The notes beneath the pieces were generated by a model. That model did no database searches and was not told the DNA's origin. It saw nothing but the letters and a program-made list of their open reading frames with translations. Positions 42,301 through 50,782 of a stretch of 62,784 bases of DNA are shown one piece after another; within the stretch, counting starts at the first letter, position 1, and every line of letters begins with the position of its first letter. Both the position numbers and the translations under genes were made by a program. Origin of the DNA: Patescibacteria group bacterium (GTDB lineage Bacteria > Patescibacteriota > Minisyncoccia > 2-02-FULL-40-12 > GWA2-44-9); contig JBBTTB010000011.1 of the NCBI GenBank assembly GCA_038064455.1, positions 1 to 62,784 of the forward strand, given 5' to 3'.

Positions 42301-43407
42301 ATGCAGGAAATGTCTGGCCGCTTCTTTACGAACGGCCACGAACTCACGGCTGAAGAGTACCGGGAAGCCCGTCGACGGACTCGTATCAAAAGAACGGAAA
42401 AGAGGCTTGAGCGATGTGATGGGTCGCTTGGATGGTTTGGTAAAGCGCTCGATTTGCCGATTTCTTTCGACCTCGCCGGCATGATCCGGGAGATTGAAGT
42501 CAACGGTTCCGCTGGACTATACGATGAACCGAAAGTCATCCAAAAGTCGCACGGAGGAGAGCGAATCATCATCACGCCAAAGCCCGAGCTCAAGCGCGTT
42601 CAAAGAGGAATCCATCGTCTCTTGCTTGATGTCTTCAAACGGCCACCAATAAGCTTTGGCTTCCGCGGCGGCAGTTGTTACGAAGTCGCCGAACGACATC
42701 AGGAGTTACCCTCTACGCTGAAATTCGACATCAAGGACGCGTTTTTCCAAGTGGGTTGGGCGGCAGTTCGCAAAAGTATGCTTCGAAACAGCCCCTTTCA
42801 GCGTGGCACCCAGGGCCTTTCTCACCTCGTTACGCGCTGGATCGCAAGCCTCTGCACATACCACAACCCCGTGCCACTGGTCGTGCGGGAACGATTCCCA
42901 CGCGTGACGTCGTTTCTCCCGCAAGGTTCGCCGGCAAGCCCTATCTGCTTCGATATGGCGTGCTGGCCGCTTGACGCAAAGCTCACGCACCTTGCCGAAC
43001 GCGTTGGTGGACGCGTGACACGCTACGCAGACAACTACTTTTTCAGCATGCCAACCTCTCGCGTGTCGGAGAAGCTGAGGAACATTGTCGTATACGACGC
43101 ACGCAGATACGGATTCCCCATTCACAAGATTCGTCGGGTCGCGCAAGGTGAGATGTGCCGCATACTTGGCTACAACGTTTACCAAGACCGCGTCACCAAC
43201 ACGCGCGACTTCAACCGAAACCTGCGGGGAGCCATCTACGTCCTTCGCACCCGACTCGAACGAGACCTTGAGTGGCATGACGCGTACGCGCGCGTACGCG
43301 GCTTCCTCGGCTTCGCGGTAAATACGCCGGAAGGCCTGCTCCAGGAGTACCGCCACTGTGAGCAGCTGATGCAAGAACGTTCCTCCAAGGGCGCCCAGTC
43401 AACGTGA
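42301..43407 (+). CDS. Retron-family reverse transcriptase with YADN motif
   Basis: KSHGGERII..P..ELKRVQR, FGF, KFDIKDAF, LPQGSPASP, TRYADNYFFS, ILG; AAGGAGG SD. Confidence 0.9.
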   Translation: MQEMSGRFFTNGHELTAEEYREARRRTRIKRTEKRLERCDGSLGWFGKALDLPISFDLAGMIREIEVNGSAGLYDEPKVIQKSHGGERIIITPKPELKRVQRGIHRLLLDVFKRPPISFGFRGGSCYEVAERHQELPSTLKFDIKDAFFQVGWAAVRKSMLRNSPFQRGTQGLSHLVTRWIASLCTYHNPVPLVVRERFPRVTSFLPQGSPASPICFDMACWPLDAKLTHLAERVGGRVTRYADNYFFSMPTSRVSEKLRNIVVYDARRYGFPIHKIRRVAQGEMCRILGYNVYQDRVTNTRDFNRNLRGAIYVLRTRLERDLEWHDAYARVRGFLGFAVNTPEGLLQEYRHCEQLMQERSSKGAQST

Positions 43408-43420
43408 CGGGCGCCTTTCT
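43387..43420 (+). terminator. Intrinsic terminator of the RT gene
   Basis: GGCGCCC(A)GTC-loop-GACGGGCGCC followed by TTTCT, overlapping the stop codon. Confidence 0.65.
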
Positions 43421-43506
43421 CTAATTTACCCAGACCACAGGTTCTCGCAACGAAATAAGCCTCTCACACAAATAACAACACCCGCCTCAAGCGGGTGTTG
43501 TGTTAT

Positions 43507-43581
43507 TGGTAGCCCTACGGGGAATCGAACCCCGATTTCCACCGTGAAAGGGTGGCGTCCTAACCGTTAGACGATAAGGCC
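43507..43581 (-). tRNA. tRNA-Glu(TTC)
   Basis: Cloverleaf; anticodon arm CCACC-CT TTC AC-GGTGG; encoded CCA. Confidence 0.96.
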
Positions 43582-43650
43582 ATTGAAACGGTTACGAGTA
43601 TCGCATGAAAATTGAAGAAAATCAACGTGCATGCTAGGTTGATGGGGCAC

Positions 43651-44733
43651 ATGATGAAAATCCTCGCTATTGAAACCTCATGCGACGAAACCGCTATCGC
43701 GGTGGTTGAGGGCGCCCCAGATCGCGTTCGAGTGCTCTCAAATGTTGTTTCTTCTCAAATTCCCGTGCACGCCGCATGGGGCGGCGTCGTGCCACACATC
43801 GCTTCCCGCGAACACGCCGCCAACATTGAACACGTGTTCCAACAAGCAATCCATGACGCAGGTGTTGCGTTCCCCCAAGACATTGATGCGATCGCCGTCA
43901 CTCACGGCCCCGGGCTTGGGCCAGCTCTTATTATCGGCATCACCTTTGCAAAAACACTCGCCGCAGAGACGGGATTGCCGCTCATTGACGTAGATCACAT
44001 GGACGGACACATTCACTCTAACTGGCTCGATGCGGAGCAACCCATGGACGCCGTCTTTCCAGTGCTCAACCTCATCGTGTCTGGCGGACACACAGAATTA
44101 GTAACAATGCGCGATCATGGCGACTATACAGTTATCGGGGAAACACAAGACGACGCAGTTGGCGAGGCATTTGATAAAGTGGCACGCATGCTTGGGCTTG
44201 GATATCCAGGAGGCCCTGCAATTTCAAAGCTTGCACAAGAAGGCAACCCGCTCGCGTTCCCCTTCCCACAACCTATGCGCGACAGTAACTCATTTCATTT
44301 CAGCTACTCCGGATTGAAAACAGCCGTCCTCTACGCGCTCCGTGATATGGGAGACACGCTGAAAGAATCCGCGCGCGCAGACGTTGCCGCATCATTTCAA
44401 GAAGCCGCTATCGAAGTGCTCGTGCACAAGACCATTCGTGCGGCACATGCCACAGATACGAAGACGGTTTTGCTTTCTGGAGGCGTTTCTGCAAACAAGC
44501 TTCTTCGCGAGCGCCTTGCACAGCGCCTTGCCGAAGAAGGCATCGCCCATGTGCAGCCGCTGATGAAATACACCACCGATAACGCGGCCATGATTGGCGC
44601 GGCAGGCTATTTCCGATTCATGAAGGGCAATGTAGCCCCATGGAACACCGTTGCCATGCGGCCGAACCTCACGCTTGGCGAAACGACAACAGATACGCTA
44701 CAATCAACAGCACATGCCTCGCGAACTTCCTAA
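43651..44733 (+). CDS. tsaD: tRNA N6-adenosine threonylcarbamoyltransferase
   Basis: ILAIETSCDET, GGVVP, HMDGH, SGGHT, DDAVGEAFDK, FSYSGLKT, TDNAAMI. Confidence 0.97.
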   Translation: MMKILAIETSCDETAIAVVEGAPDRVRVLSNVVSSQIPVHAAWGGVVPHIASREHAANIEHVFQQAIHDAGVAFPQDIDAIAVTHGPGLGPALIIGITFAKTLAAETGLPLIDVDHMDGHIHSNWLDAEQPMDAVFPVLNLIVSGGHTELVTMRDHGDYTVIGETQDDAVGEAFDKVARMLGLGYPGGPAISKLAQEGNPLAFPFPQPMRDSNSFHFSYSGLKTAVLYALRDMGDTLKESARADVAASFQEAAIEVLVHKTIRAAHATDTKTVLLSGGVSANKLLRERLAQRLAEEGIAHVQPLMKYTTDNAAMIGAAGYFRFMKGNVAPWNTVAMRPNLTLGETTTDTLQSTAHASRTS

Positions 44734-46885
44734 GCAATACGATCACACAGGAATAGAGTCGGATATCTACGCTATTTGGGAAAAGAGTGGCTTTTTCAAT
44801 CCCGACAATCTCCCCGAGCGCCACAAAGAGCCCTTCTCTATTGTGCTTCCCCCGCCGAACGTAACGGGCGTGCTTCACATCGGACACGCCTATGAAGACG
44901 CGCTTCAAGACGCGGTCATTCGTTTTCAGCGCATGCGTGGTAAGCGCGCTCTGTGGGTTCCCGGCACCGACTCTGCGGCCACCGCGACACAGCCAAAGGT
45001 AGAAAAGATCATCCAAAAAGAAGAGGGCAAAAATCGTCATGAAATCGGCCGTGAAGAACTCGTGCGTAGAGTAGCCGCGTTTGCAAAGGCAAGCGAGAAT
45101 ACCATCCTTTCCCAAGTGCGAAAAATGGGAGCCTCGCTCGATTGGTCACGCTATGCGTACACGATGGACGATGCGCGCAACACAGCAGTAACAACCGCCT
45201 TTCAGCGCATGTATGAAGCGGGGCTTATTTATCGTGGCAATCGCATCGTAAACTGGGATCCTAAAGGCCAAACGGTTATTTCAGACGATGAAGTAGTACA
45301 TGAAGAGCGAGATGCCAAGCTATACACCTTCACCTACTCAAAAGACTTCCCCATTCCCATCGCCACCACTCGTCTTGAAACAAAAGTTGGCGATACTGCG
45401 GTAGCTGTACATCCCGACGACCCTCGCTACCAGCAATACATTGGTAAAGAATATGATGCCGTGTTTTATGATGTGCTAACCCACATAAAGGTCGTGGCAG
45501 ACCGTGGCGTTGATATGGAGTTTGGCACTGGCGCGCTTGGTGTTACCCCAGCACACAGCATGGCCGACTGGGAGATTGCGGATAAAAATAATCTCCCTCG
45601 TCCGCAGGTTATAAATGAGTATGCGAAGATGAGCGTTGATGGCGCGTTGAAAGATAAAAAGACTACAGAAGCACGCGAGCTGATTGCAACGTGGCTTGCG
45701 GAACAGGGCCTTTTGCAAAAAGTAGAAAACATAAAACAAAATGTGTCGGTCGCCGAACGCACTGGTGGCATTATCGAGCCCCTTCCAAAGCTCCAGTGGT
45801 TCATTGCTGTCGACAAGCCTTTTATCATCTCCCGTTCGCAGATCAGCGGGATCTCTGGCGGATCAGAGACAACGCTGAAACATATCATGCGCACCGCCAT
45901 CACCAGTGGCGATGTGAGCATGCCCCAAGAGAACCACAGGAAATCATACATGCACTGGATTGATAATCTTCATGACTGGTGCATTAGCCGACAAATTTGG
46001 TTTGGACACCGCATTCCTATCTGGTATCGAGGCGATGAACTCTTCTGTGGCGTCACTGCGCCAAGTGGTGACGGATGGGAACAAGATCCCGATGTGCTCG
46101 ACACGTGGTTCTCTTCTGCGCTCTGGACGTTTTCCACACTCGGATGGCCGAGCGATTCAAAAGATCTCAAGACGTTTCATCCTACGTCCCTCATGTCTCC
46201 CGCATACGAGATCCTCTTCCTCTGGGTTTCTCGCATGATTCTCATGAGCGGATTCCACCTCGGCCAAGTCCCGTTCACATCCGTGCTCATCCATGGCCTT
46301 GTGCGCGATTCAAAAGGAAGAAAGTTTAGCAAGTCGCTCGATAATGGCGTTGATCCGCTCGATATCATTGCAAAATATGGCGCCGACGCACTGCGCATGG
46401 GCCTTCTTGTGGGCACCGCTATCGGAAACGACCTAAAGTTTGATGAGAGTAAAGTAAAAGGCTACCGCAATTTTGCAAACAAGCTTTGGAATATTGCCCG
46501 CTTTATGCTCATGAATGCTCCAGATCAGCCAATAGCCACAACGCCAAGCCTCACTGATGAAGATGCGCAGGCGCTTAATGAACTTTCTGCTGTTACCAAG
46601 GACATTACTAAAGATATGGAAGAGCTTCGACTCTATCTCGCCGCGGAAAAGACGTACCACTACATCTGGCACACTTTTGCAGACATTCTTGTAGAGCGCG
46701 TAAAGCCACATCTCACGGGCACTGACCCAGTATTAAAAGAGTCAGCGCAATGGCTCATGCAAGAAGCGCTCGCAACGTCTCTCATATTACTTCATCCATT
46801 CATGCCGTTCGTGACAGAGGCTATTTGGCGCGAAGTATTTCCCAACAAAGGACTCCTCATGATCGAACCGTGGCCTTCAGCCTAG
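44714..46885 (+). CDS. valS: Valine--tRNA ligase (no C-terminal coiled coil)
   Basis: PPPNVTG.LHIGH, DWCISRQIWFGH, DVLDTWFSS, KFSKS, LLHPFMPF. Confidence 0.97.
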   Translation: MPRELPKQYDHTGIESDIYAIWEKSGFFNPDNLPERHKEPFSIVLPPPNVTGVLHIGHAYEDALQDAVIRFQRMRGKRALWVPGTDSAATATQPKVEKIIQKEEGKNRHEIGREELVRRVAAFAKASENTILSQVRKMGASLDWSRYAYTMDDARNTAVTTAFQRMYEAGLIYRGNRIVNWDPKGQTVISDDEVVHEERDAKLYTFTYSKDFPIPIATTRLETKVGDTAVAVHPDDPRYQQYIGKEYDAVFYDVLTHIKVVADRGVDMEFGTGALGVTPAHSMADWEIADKNNLPRPQVINEYAKMSVDGALKDKKTTEARELIATWLAEQGLLQKVENIKQNVSVAERTGGIIEPLPKLQWFIAVDKPFIISRSQISGISGGSETTLKHIMRTAITSGDVSMPQENHRKSYMHWIDNLHDWCISRQIWFGHRIPIWYRGDELFCGVTAPSGDGWEQDPDVLDTWFSSALWTFSTLGWPSDSKDLKTFHPTSLMSPAYEILFLWVSRMILMSGFHLGQVPFTSVLIHGLVRDSKGRKFSKSLDNGVDPLDIIAKYGADALRMGLLVGTAIGNDLKFDESKVKGYRNFANKLWNIARFMLMNAPDQPIATTPSLTDEDAQALNELSAVTKDITKDMEELRLYLAAEKTYHYIWHTFADILVERVKPHLTGTDPVLKESAQWLMQEALATSLILLHPFMPFVTEAIWREVFPNKGLLMIEPWPSA

Positions 46886-46921
46886 AGCCTTCTCTGTTTT
46901 TGCTGTATACTGAACACCAGC

Positions 46922-47650
46922 ATGCACCCGGCACTTGAAGCTTTTGTACTCGTAAGTCTTGGGCTCCTCCCAAGCCTCCTCTGGCTCGCATTCTTTTTGA
47001 GAAATGATTGTCACCCAGAACCGAAAGATCTCATCGCTCGCGCGTTTCTCATGGGGATTATTATCTCTCCCCTCGCGCTCGCAATTCAATGGGTTCTTTT
47101 TTCTGCCGGCCAATCACTCTATGGGGTTGGCCTAAGCCTCACCGATCCCCGCTTTCTCTTCTTGAGCGCTTTTGCCGAAGAAGCTATCAAGCTCGGCGCA
47201 GTGTGGTTCGCCATTCTTCAGCTTCCCGAATTTGATGAGCCGGTTGATGGCATGATTTACCTCATCACTGCGGCGATGGGCTTTGCGGCGATGGAGAACA
47301 TCCTTGTCATGTTCCGCGCTGCGGAAAGCGGTGCGGGCCTCGCGCTGGGCACGCACCTATGGTTTTTGCGCTTTGCAGGCGCTACGCTCCTCCACGGCCT
47401 CGCCTCTGCGCTTGCTGGATATTTTCTCGCGCTTGCGTGGTTCTTTTCACGACATCGCACGTGGCTCATTCTTACGGGCCTTGCCGCAGCAACCGGGTTT
47501 CACTTTGTCTTTAACGTGCTCATCGCGCAGCAATCCGGCGGAACACTCTTCCCTCTTGTTGGCCTGTTGATATTCCTCGCATTCCTTATTGCGATACTCT
47601 TTGTTAAAATACGAGAGCGAAGACAACGATCTCACGTGCAGCTCGCATAA
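46922..47650 (+). CDS. prsW: PrsW-family intramembrane protease
   Basis: HPEP, EEAIK, FDEPVDG, GFAAMEN, LLH, FHFVFN. Confidence 0.9.
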   Translation: MHPALEAFVLVSLGLLPSLLWLAFFLRNDCHPEPKDLIARAFLMGIIISPLALAIQWVLFSAGQSLYGVGLSLTDPRFLFLSAFAEEAIKLGAVWFAILQLPEFDEPVDGMIYLITAAMGFAAMENILVMFRAAESGAGLALGTHLWFLRFAGATLLHGLASALAGYFLALAWFFSRHRTWLILTGLAAATGFHFVFNVLIAQQSGGTLFPLVGLLIFLAFLIAILFVKIRERRQRSHVQLA

Positions 47651-47656
47651 CGCACC

Positions 47657-48040
47657 ATGAACGACTATCACGCCGAACTCGCCGTCTCTAAAACACGAGC
47701 CTCCGCAGAACCCGAAGGGCAACTTACGATTGATGTCTTTCAAGACGAAGACAACATTGTCATACAGTCCACGATTGCGGGCGTAGCACCAGAGAATTTA
47801 GATATTTCTATTACCGATGATATGGTCACTATTCGCGGCACACGCACGCCAGAACAGCGCGTACGCCCTTCAGACTACTATTATCAAGAGCTCTTTTGGG
47901 GCCCCTTCTCTCGCTCCATTATTCTTCCCGTAGATATTGACCCAGACAGCGCGAAGGCTTCCATGAAAAATGGCATTCTCACCATTACCCTTCCAAAGCT
48001 TGAGAAAGTAAAAACCCGCAAGATACGGGTTGCCGAATAG
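47657..48040 (+). CDS. Hsp20/alpha-crystallin small heat shock protein
   Basis: IDVFQ, IAGV, FSRSIILP, ASMKNGILTITLPK. Confidence 0.95.
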   Translation: MNDYHAELAVSKTRASAEPEGQLTIDVFQDEDNIVIQSTIAGVAPENLDISITDDMVTIRGTRTPEQRVRPSDYYYQELFWGPFSRSIILPVDIDPDSAKASMKNGILTITLPKLEKVKTRKIRVAE

Positions 48041-48122
48041 TGCTCCCGGCAGGACTTGAACCTGCACCTCGTGAGAGACATGGTCCTAAACCATGCGCGT
48101 CTGCCAATTTCGCCACGGGAGC
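48041..48122 (-). tRNA. tRNA-Leu(TAG)
   Basis: Cloverleaf with variable arm; anticodon arm CATGG-TT TAG GA-CCATG. Confidence 0.95.
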
Positions 48123-48201
48123 GTTCCCACAGCATACCCCAGAACCCACACAACACACAACGCCCTTTCGGGCGTTGTGTGTTTGCGTGATCACGCAGCG
48201 A

Positions 48202-48573
48202 CTAACGAAGTGAACCGCGAGAAATAAGACTTGCGAGCGTGTTCAAGATAAGACCGATTGCTAAGATAACTGCCGCACCTTTTACGCCATTCCAGATCTG
48301 TTCCTTTGCGCCGGTTGCGCCCTTGTCATCAGGAGACATGATCCATTTGATGCCGCCAATACCGATGTAGATAACTGCCAAGATCAAACCAATCGTAAGA
48401 ATGAAGTTTGCGATCTGCTTCAAGAGATCTTCAAGCTTAGTGAGATCGAGGGTTGTTGTCGACTGGACTGGAGGGGTGGGGATGGTGATGTCTGCAGCGA
48501 GCGCCAAAGCAGGAGACACGATTGCAAGTGCCAAGAGCGTCCCGGTCAGAATCTTTTTGATGTTTTTATTCAT
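48202..48573 (-). CDS. TrbC/VirB2-like (CPR-type) pilin
   Basis: Signal peptide plus two TM helices with GGIKWI...AK..IW pattern. Confidence 0.75.
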   Translation of the reverse strand: MNKNIKKILTGTLLALAIVSPALALAADITIPTPPVQSTTTLDLTKLEDLLKQIANFILTIGLILAVIYIGIGGIKWIMSPDDKGATGAKEQIWNGVKGAAVILAIGLILNTLASLISRGSLR

Positions 48574-48614
48574 ACGCCACCCCCTTTCTAAGTATCGCGA
48601 GAAGCGATCTATAG

Positions 48615-48986
48615 TTACAATTCTTGAGTAAAGATAATGGTATCAATTGTGTTCACAATAATTCCAAAACCAAGGATAATTGCAATTCCGATAAGCGCAG
48701 CTTTTATAGTACCCTTTGCCTCATCTACCGCCTTCCCTCCTTGTGAGGTGATCCAGAGGATTGCTCCGTATGCGATGTATGCAATACCAATGACAAGTCC
48801 GATACTCAGAAGAAAGTTCACCACGTCTACAACGAGATCATAAATTTTATCAAGAGAAAGGGGCGTACCCTCTACTTCAAGAGTTCGATTAGTATTAAGT
48901 GCAGCTTGCGCTGGAAGAACAAAGACTCCCAGAGATAGTCCTACGAGCAAAACAAGTCCAATTAATTTCTTTACCATATGATTCAT
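48615..48986 (-). CDS. TrbC/VirB2-like pilin
   Basis: YGAILWITSQG...AK.TI.AALIG; start 48986 or 48977. Confidence 0.75.
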   Translation of the reverse strand: MNHMVKKLIGLVLLVGLSLGVFVLPAQAALNTNRTLEVEGTPLSLDKIYDLVVDVVNFLLSIGLVIGIAYIAYGAILWITSQGGKAVDEAKGTIKAALIGIAIILGFGIIVNTIDTIIFTQEL

Positions 48987-48987
48987 A

Positions 48988-49329
48988 TTATAAGCCAATG
49001 CACGAAGGAAGTGAAGGCGTAGGTGCGCCAATGAATGCCGCAACTGTGAGAATAATCGTCCCCGCTCCCAAAATGACCGCCAGCGCCGTAAACGACCACG
49101 TAAGCCCGACCTTCGCCGCATTGAACGGTCCCGGCGAGCTTTGGCTCATGATCATTTTAATGCCATACCACGCGATCCCCCCAATCACGAGCAGGATGCT
49201 CGCACGCAAGAAGAAGCACATCAACCCCGTGGCTATAATGATGACTCGCTCATAGCCAAGCTCCATTCCGGGCGTATCTTGTATGCCTTCAGTCAACCTC
49301 CCTGCTGCTAAGCGGAGTGAGTTACTCAT
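48988..49329 (-). CDS. TrbC/VirB2-like pilin
   Basis: YGIKMIMS...AK..LTW; ATGA coupling to the upstream gene. Confidence 0.7.
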   Translation of the reverse strand: MSNSLRLAAGRLTEGIQDTPGMELGYERVIIIATGLMCFFLRASILLVIGGIAWYGIKMIMSQSSPGPFNAAKVGLTWSFTALAVILGAGTIILTVAAFIGAPTPSLPSCIGL

Positions 49330-49808
49330 TCTGATGGGCCAGTGATAACGGTGCAAACTCCATTGAGGCACGCTTGCCCACTAGGACAAGCAGAGGGGCA
49401 TGATGGAATAGGCGTTGGAGAAGATGTGCTGCTACCTCCAATATTCAACACACTCTCCACTAAATCCACAAACCCTCTGCCGATGAAGATGATGGCGAGC
49501 CCGATAACTACCGACCAGATGATGTTATTCGCCTCTCCAACGGCTTTTGGATTTGAGCCAGCGGTGAGGTATTTAATACCCGCCCAAATGATCATGATGA
49601 CTGCGATAGGGATGGCAATGGCGGTAATGAAGCGCAGTGCGGCGTTGATGAGATCAATAACGTTATCTGACTCGAGCGGGTTTGGAAGACACAGCGAATT
49701 TGGCGGGCACGGGTCTGCGGCAAGCGCCAAAGGAGTAATAGACGCGCTGGCAACGGCAACCACCACGAGACAAAGGACGAGAATGATAAAGCGAGAATGC
49801 ATGCTCAT
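49326..49808 (-). CDS. TrbC/VirB2-like pilin with Cys-rich tail
   Basis: LPNPL, AGIKYLTAGSNP...A..IIW..VIG; C-terminal CPSACPSGQAC.NG.C. Confidence 0.8.
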   Translation of the reverse strand: MSMHSRFIILVLCLVVVAVASASITPLALAADPCPPNSLCLPNPLESDNVIDLINAALRFITAIAIPIAVIMIIWAGIKYLTAGSNPKAVGEANNIIWSVVIGLAIIFIGRGFVDLVESVLNIGGSSTSSPTPIPSCPSACPSGQACLNGVCTVITGPSE

Positions 49809-49834
49809 AATAGTATCATAGGAAATAAAGTCTT

Positions 49835-50782
49835 TTAGAGCCCCCAGTGAATATGATCTGTCGGCGGCCTTGCGCAATCCGTGACATTGGCTCCCGTAGT
49901 TGACTCACAAAAAGCATCCCCTCCTCGGGCGTCCAAGAGGTCTCTTGCCCCAATCCAGTCGCTACCACCTCCCACAATAACGATATCGGCTCCGCGACCA
50001 CTATAGTGAGAACTTGATGCGCTATGTCTTCCAGTGGTGAGAGAGGTTACCACAAAACGGAATCCGTTTTGTGAGAGTGCTGTGAGCCCGTCTAAAATAC
50101 GCACGTCGACCGTTGTGGTTCCCGAAGTGCCGCCGGGCGCACAAGAGCACGTCGGGCTACACACCGGTGGCATCTGTCCAGCGGCTACGGCATCAATCAC
50201 TCCCTGTGCATGGTTCGGCGCGCCACAGTCTGCGCCGGTAGAAAATGAAACGCCGCTTTGTGCAATGAGCCGCTGCGCCGCTTGTTGCACTGAAGAAGAT
50301 GGCGCCGTAGATACGGTAGCCGACGGGGTTGGTTGGTTAGATGGTAGTACGATGTTTTCATCAGGCGTGCAGGTAATGGGCTCATACCACTTCACGCTCG
50401 TGCCAAAATAGTTGCCCGCTACAAACTTTAAGAACGTATTCACCACCATCCACGCAAGCATAATCACCACAAGACCAATAATGGCATTAGAAAAGAGCGT
50501 GTTGCTTTGTGAAATGCTTTTAGTGTTTGTCGCCCCTATGACGCGGATAAATCCCGCGATGACAAAAAGGATAGTTGCCACCAACGGAGCTGCAACAAAC
50601 ATCACAAATCGAAGCGCAGTATCAGCAGCCTCGACCAAGTGGCACGTTTGGCACATGGCGTCTTCCCCCGTATCCGTCGATTTACCACATGGAACTACAG
50701 CGGCCTCCGCGGGAAGCGCGAAAAACGCACCAAGCATAAGCGCGAGCACAAGACTCCCTATAGTGCGAGAAAACATGCTCAT
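49835..50782 (-). CDS. Pilin fused to a peptidase M15/LAS-like domain
   Basis: N-terminal VPCG...C..CH plus pilin TM hairpin; C-terminal H.SSS.HYSGRGADI...DHIH. Confidence 0.7.
   Translation of the reverse strand: MSMFSRTIGSLVLALMLGAFFALPAEAAVVPCGKSTDTGEDAMCQTCHLVEAADTALRFVMFVAAPLVATILFVIAGFIRVIGATNTKSISQSNTLFSNAIIGLVVIMLAWMVVNTFLKFVAGNYFGTSVKWYEPITCTPDENIVLPSNQPTPSATVSTAPSSSVQQAAQRLIAQSGVSFSTGADCGAPNHAQGVIDAVAAGQMPPVCSPTCSCAPGGTSGTTTVDVRILDGLTALSQNGFRFVVTSLTTGRHSASSSHYSGRGADIVIVGGGSDWIGARDLLDARGGDAFCESTTGANVTDCARPPTDHIHWGL

Larger units (their letters stand above)
41889..43454 (+). mobile_element. RT-ncRNA insertion bounded by a 16-bp direct repeat of the rplT 3' end
   Basis: AGGTTCTCGCAACGAA at 41889-41904 and 43439-43454; the second copy is followed by an in-frame TAA. 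Confidence 0.65.

Noticed and set aside
41950-42593. Short ORFs (41950-42225, 42060-42353, 42180-42593) as retron effectors
   Set aside because: No SD or motifs; they overlap the structured RNA and the RT and look like incidental frames.
42301-43407. Group II intron or DGR reverse transcriptase
   Set aside because: Has LPQGSPASP and retron-like N-terminal motifs; no domain V hairpin or maturase domain, no GN..SQ motif, and no TR/VR pair or Avd gene seen.
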